This document shows positions 60,877-64,000 of a stretch of DNA of 64,000 nt, piece after piece. Position 1 is the first letter of the stretch; each line of letters begins with the position of its first letter. The DNA is taken from contig NC_057720.1 in assembly GCF_004010195.1 (NCBI RefSeq), positions 28,337,772-28,401,771 of the forward strand. Direction: 5' to 3'. A model generated the notes under the pieces. The model made no database searches. It saw only the letters and a program-made list of their open reading frames with translations, and was not told the origin of the DNA. The position numbers were made by a program, and so were the translations under genes. This stretch comes from Chiloscyllium plagiosum (Eukaryota).

Positions 60877-62754
60877 TTGTTTACTACGTTTCTCCAAAGT
60901 TTTCGCCAAAGTTAAGGACAAAGCTCAGTAGAAACTCTGCTAAATTACTAGTTGTAATGTTCTACAAGACAGTTTCCTTATACACCCTTTAAATCCCTGT
61001 ATGTTTAAGCTGGAACTCCATGAAGTTGTCTTTGTACTCATTCCTTTCTAATCTCTCATTTCCTTCTCCTACAACATCCCATCATTTTAAAGCTTAAAAT
61101 ACTTGGTGTCATTTGCAAACTAATTAACTTTTTTATTTTTTTTAATTTGATGTTTTGCACTGAGTCTTCACCTTGATTTTCTGCATTATCATCATCTAAG
61201 CTTATTTGTACAACTGACAGCTTTGACATGTTCTCATTGATAACTGGTTCAAAACTGCTTTACTGCAGTGATGCTACTTATTTTGAGTCACTGGCAGATT
61301 AGGTGATGTCAGGTAACCTAATGCAGACTTCAGTCGGAAGGAGAAGTTTCTGTTGAAATAAAATCTGACAGTTGCATTACTAAATCACCAGGACACATTT
61401 CTTGCAAAGTAAATGTTATGCTTATTTGACTTTCAGTCCCATTGTTTGCCAGGTCTTAAAATATGGCTATTTTAGTTCAAAGTTATTGGCTGAATGTCAA
61501 GTACATCTCAGGCATAATTCCAGAAACTAGACATCCGTGACAAGCTTCGGCACATTTGAGATTGAACTGAGAAAACTTTTGTCTCTTCCACAGAGGAGTG
61601 ATAATTGCTTTGATAAAGCCAGCTCTTCATCATTGTAAAACCAGCAACTGTCATCTGTGTTTATTATCCTAGGCATATAGTTGTACGTTGAGGTAAAGTC
61701 CTTTCGAATGAATTTAACTTACATATGTATCTGTGGATATCTGTTAGTTCCTATGTAGATGCAGTACAATATGTTTCTTCTCATTGAGGCATTCTGTACA
61801 CAAAGTATATGTCGACATTTCATATGAGATTTATGAGGAGTATTCTCTAGGCCTACATTAAGTACACCGAATCACTTAGTACAACAATTAGAGAACTGGC
61901 GAACCAGCATGTGCAGCTGCAAATAAATCTGCTCAATTTCCTCCCATTCATCTAAATGGAGGAAAATCAAGCAGTTCCTTTTAAAGAAGTGTACTCTGAT
62001 CTGTCTAATTTTCAGATTTATTGCAGTTAAGAAATACAGTGCTCATCAGGCCTTAAGAGAACTAAATTTATCTATGCCCTTTTCAGACTTGAAGATTTGT
62101 TATGGGGTGTAGGCAATACAAAGGGTTAGCTACCTACTATGGTAGTGGAATCTGAGAAATTGCATGTTTGCTCTGAGTAACCGGTGAATTTTGACTTTAA
62201 AAAAGTATTGTACTGTGTAAAGCAGTACAGTACACAAGTATATAGGACTAAAGGAAAGCATCCAAGATACTAGAATAAAAACAGTGTTTTAAAATTATTA
62301 CTGTGACATGTATTATATTGCATGATTTATCTACTTACCGCAAACTGCTGAGGGAAAATGCCCGGCTACCACTCATGTGTATCACTGAGGAAAACATTAA
62401 TAGTGTTGTTTGTTTAGATATTCTTGATAATGTAATTCTCCAATGCCATTCAAAAGCAATTAACTTCAGAGATTGTAACCAAATCGATATTTCTGATTGA
62501 AAAGATCTGGACCAGATTATCTTAATCATTTGAATAGAAAGGTCAGATAATCTTAATAATTGTTTGGATAGAATCAGGATGTTTCCCATCAAAAACTGCA
62601 ACGGCAGCTCTGAGCCCTGGTCCTGAAACTCTAACTCCAGCTGTTGATAGAATACCTCTAGAATCTTTTAGTGATTATTTTTGGAATTCGGTTTTGATCT
62701 TTTCAATTACAAAGAGTATTGATTTTGTAGACTAGATTATGATCAGAATAGTAA

Positions 62755-63920
62755 TTATAGAGTCATAGAGATGTACAGTGTGGAAACAGACCTTTCGGCC
62801 TAACTTGTCCATGCCAACCAGATATCCTAATTAATCTAATCCCATTTGCCAGCATTTGGCCCATGTCCCTCTAAACCTTTCCTATTCATATAGCCACTCA
62901 AATGCCTTTTAAATGTTGTAATTGTACTTGACTCCACCACCAACTCTGGCAGTTCATTCCATACATGCGCCATTCTCTGCGTGAAAAAGGTGCCCTTTAA
63001 ATTCCTTTTCAATTTTACCTCCTCACTTTAAACCTATGCCCTCTAGTTTTAGGCACCCCTACCCTGGATAAAGACCTCGTATATTCATACTATCTATGCC
63101 CTTCATGATTTTATAAACTTCTATAAGGTCACCCTACAGTCTCATACACTCCAAGGAAAATAGCCCCAGCCTATTCAGCCTCTCCCTATAGCTCAAACCC
63201 TCCAATCCTGGCAACATCCTTGTAAATCTTTTCTGAACCCTTTCAACTTTCACAACATCTTTCCTATAGCGGGGAGACTGAATTGAACACATTATTCCAG
63301 AAATGGTCTAACCAATGTCCTGTACTGCTGCAACATGATCTCCCAATTCCTATACTCAATGCACTGACCAATAAAGGCAAGCATGCCAAACACCTTCTTC
63401 ATTACCCTGTCTACCTGCAACTCTGCTTTCAAGGAACTATATAGGACTCCAACGTCTCTTTGTTTGGCAGCACACCCCAGGACCTTATATTTACATCGAA
63501 ATTATTTCTGTAAGTGACAAAAAGCAATGGTCACAGCACTGACTGACCCTTGCGACATACCATTGGTGACAGGCCCCCAGTCCAAAAAGCAACCCCCCCA
63601 TCATCACCCTTTGTCTCTTCCTTTCAACCGATTTTTTTTCCAAATGGTAAGTTCTCCCTGTACTCCATGTGATACAACCATGCTAACTAGTCTACCATTC
63701 AGAGCCTTGTCACACAACTTACTGAAATCCATATCGACAATGTCGAGCACTCTGCTCCAGCCTATTCAGCGTCTCCATATAGCTCAGACCCTCCAATACT
63801 AGCAACATCCTTGTAAATCTTTTCTAAACCCTCTCAAGTTTCTTAACATCCTTTCTGTAGCAGGGAGACCAGAATTGCACAGAGTATTTCAAAAGTGGCC
63901 TATCTAATGTCCGGTACAGC
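62755..63920 (-). mobile_element. CR1/HER1 LINE 3' fragments, rearranged (63755-63920 repeats the region at 63165-63330)
   Basis: Tail 'catagagatgtacagtgtggaaacagacc', C-terminal and RT pieces. Confidence 0.88.
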
Positions 63921-64000
63921 CCTTTATGTTAAGGTATGATAAATTTCTGTAAACGTCTGCAATGAATAATAATATTTGCATCCATGTATTATACAAGTAT

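Noticed and set aside
1..64000. CRISPR arrays, operons or other prokaryotic systems
   Set aside because: The sequence is vertebrate repeat-rich DNA with no regularly spaced repeat-spacer array and no dense coding

Overview
This is AT-rich vertebrate intronic or intergenic DNA, almost certainly from a shark or ray, because it carries HE1/V-type SINEs, HER1/CR1-type LINEs and SacSINE1-like DeuSINE remnants. I cannot support any intact host protein-coding gene. The longer ORFs are retroelement remnants, their antisense shadows or low-complexity sequence. Main contents: (1) a full-length but decayed L1-clade LINE (5487-11640) with an 11-bp TSD and two nested Penelope-like (PLE) insertions; (2) many CR1/HER1 fragments; (3) a CR1-group LINE whose 5' end is a tRNA-like Pol III head with no room for ORF1, plus short head+tail SINE derivatives of it; (4) a Rex1/Babar-like LINE, a probable solo LTR and a decayed tRNA-Leu copy. 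The most notable system is a dense set of PLE-derived short elements from about four sequence families. Each family carries a minimal type I hammerhead ribozyme motif (CUGANGA-stem II-GAAA with a palindromic ACGU/AGCU stem III). They occur as ~120-270 bp TSD-flanked inserts or as 70-84 bp fold-back palindromes, and their truncation and inversion breakpoints cluster at the ribozyme core. All repeat-family names come from recognising motifs by eye, not from database searches, and boundaries of decayed elements are approximate.
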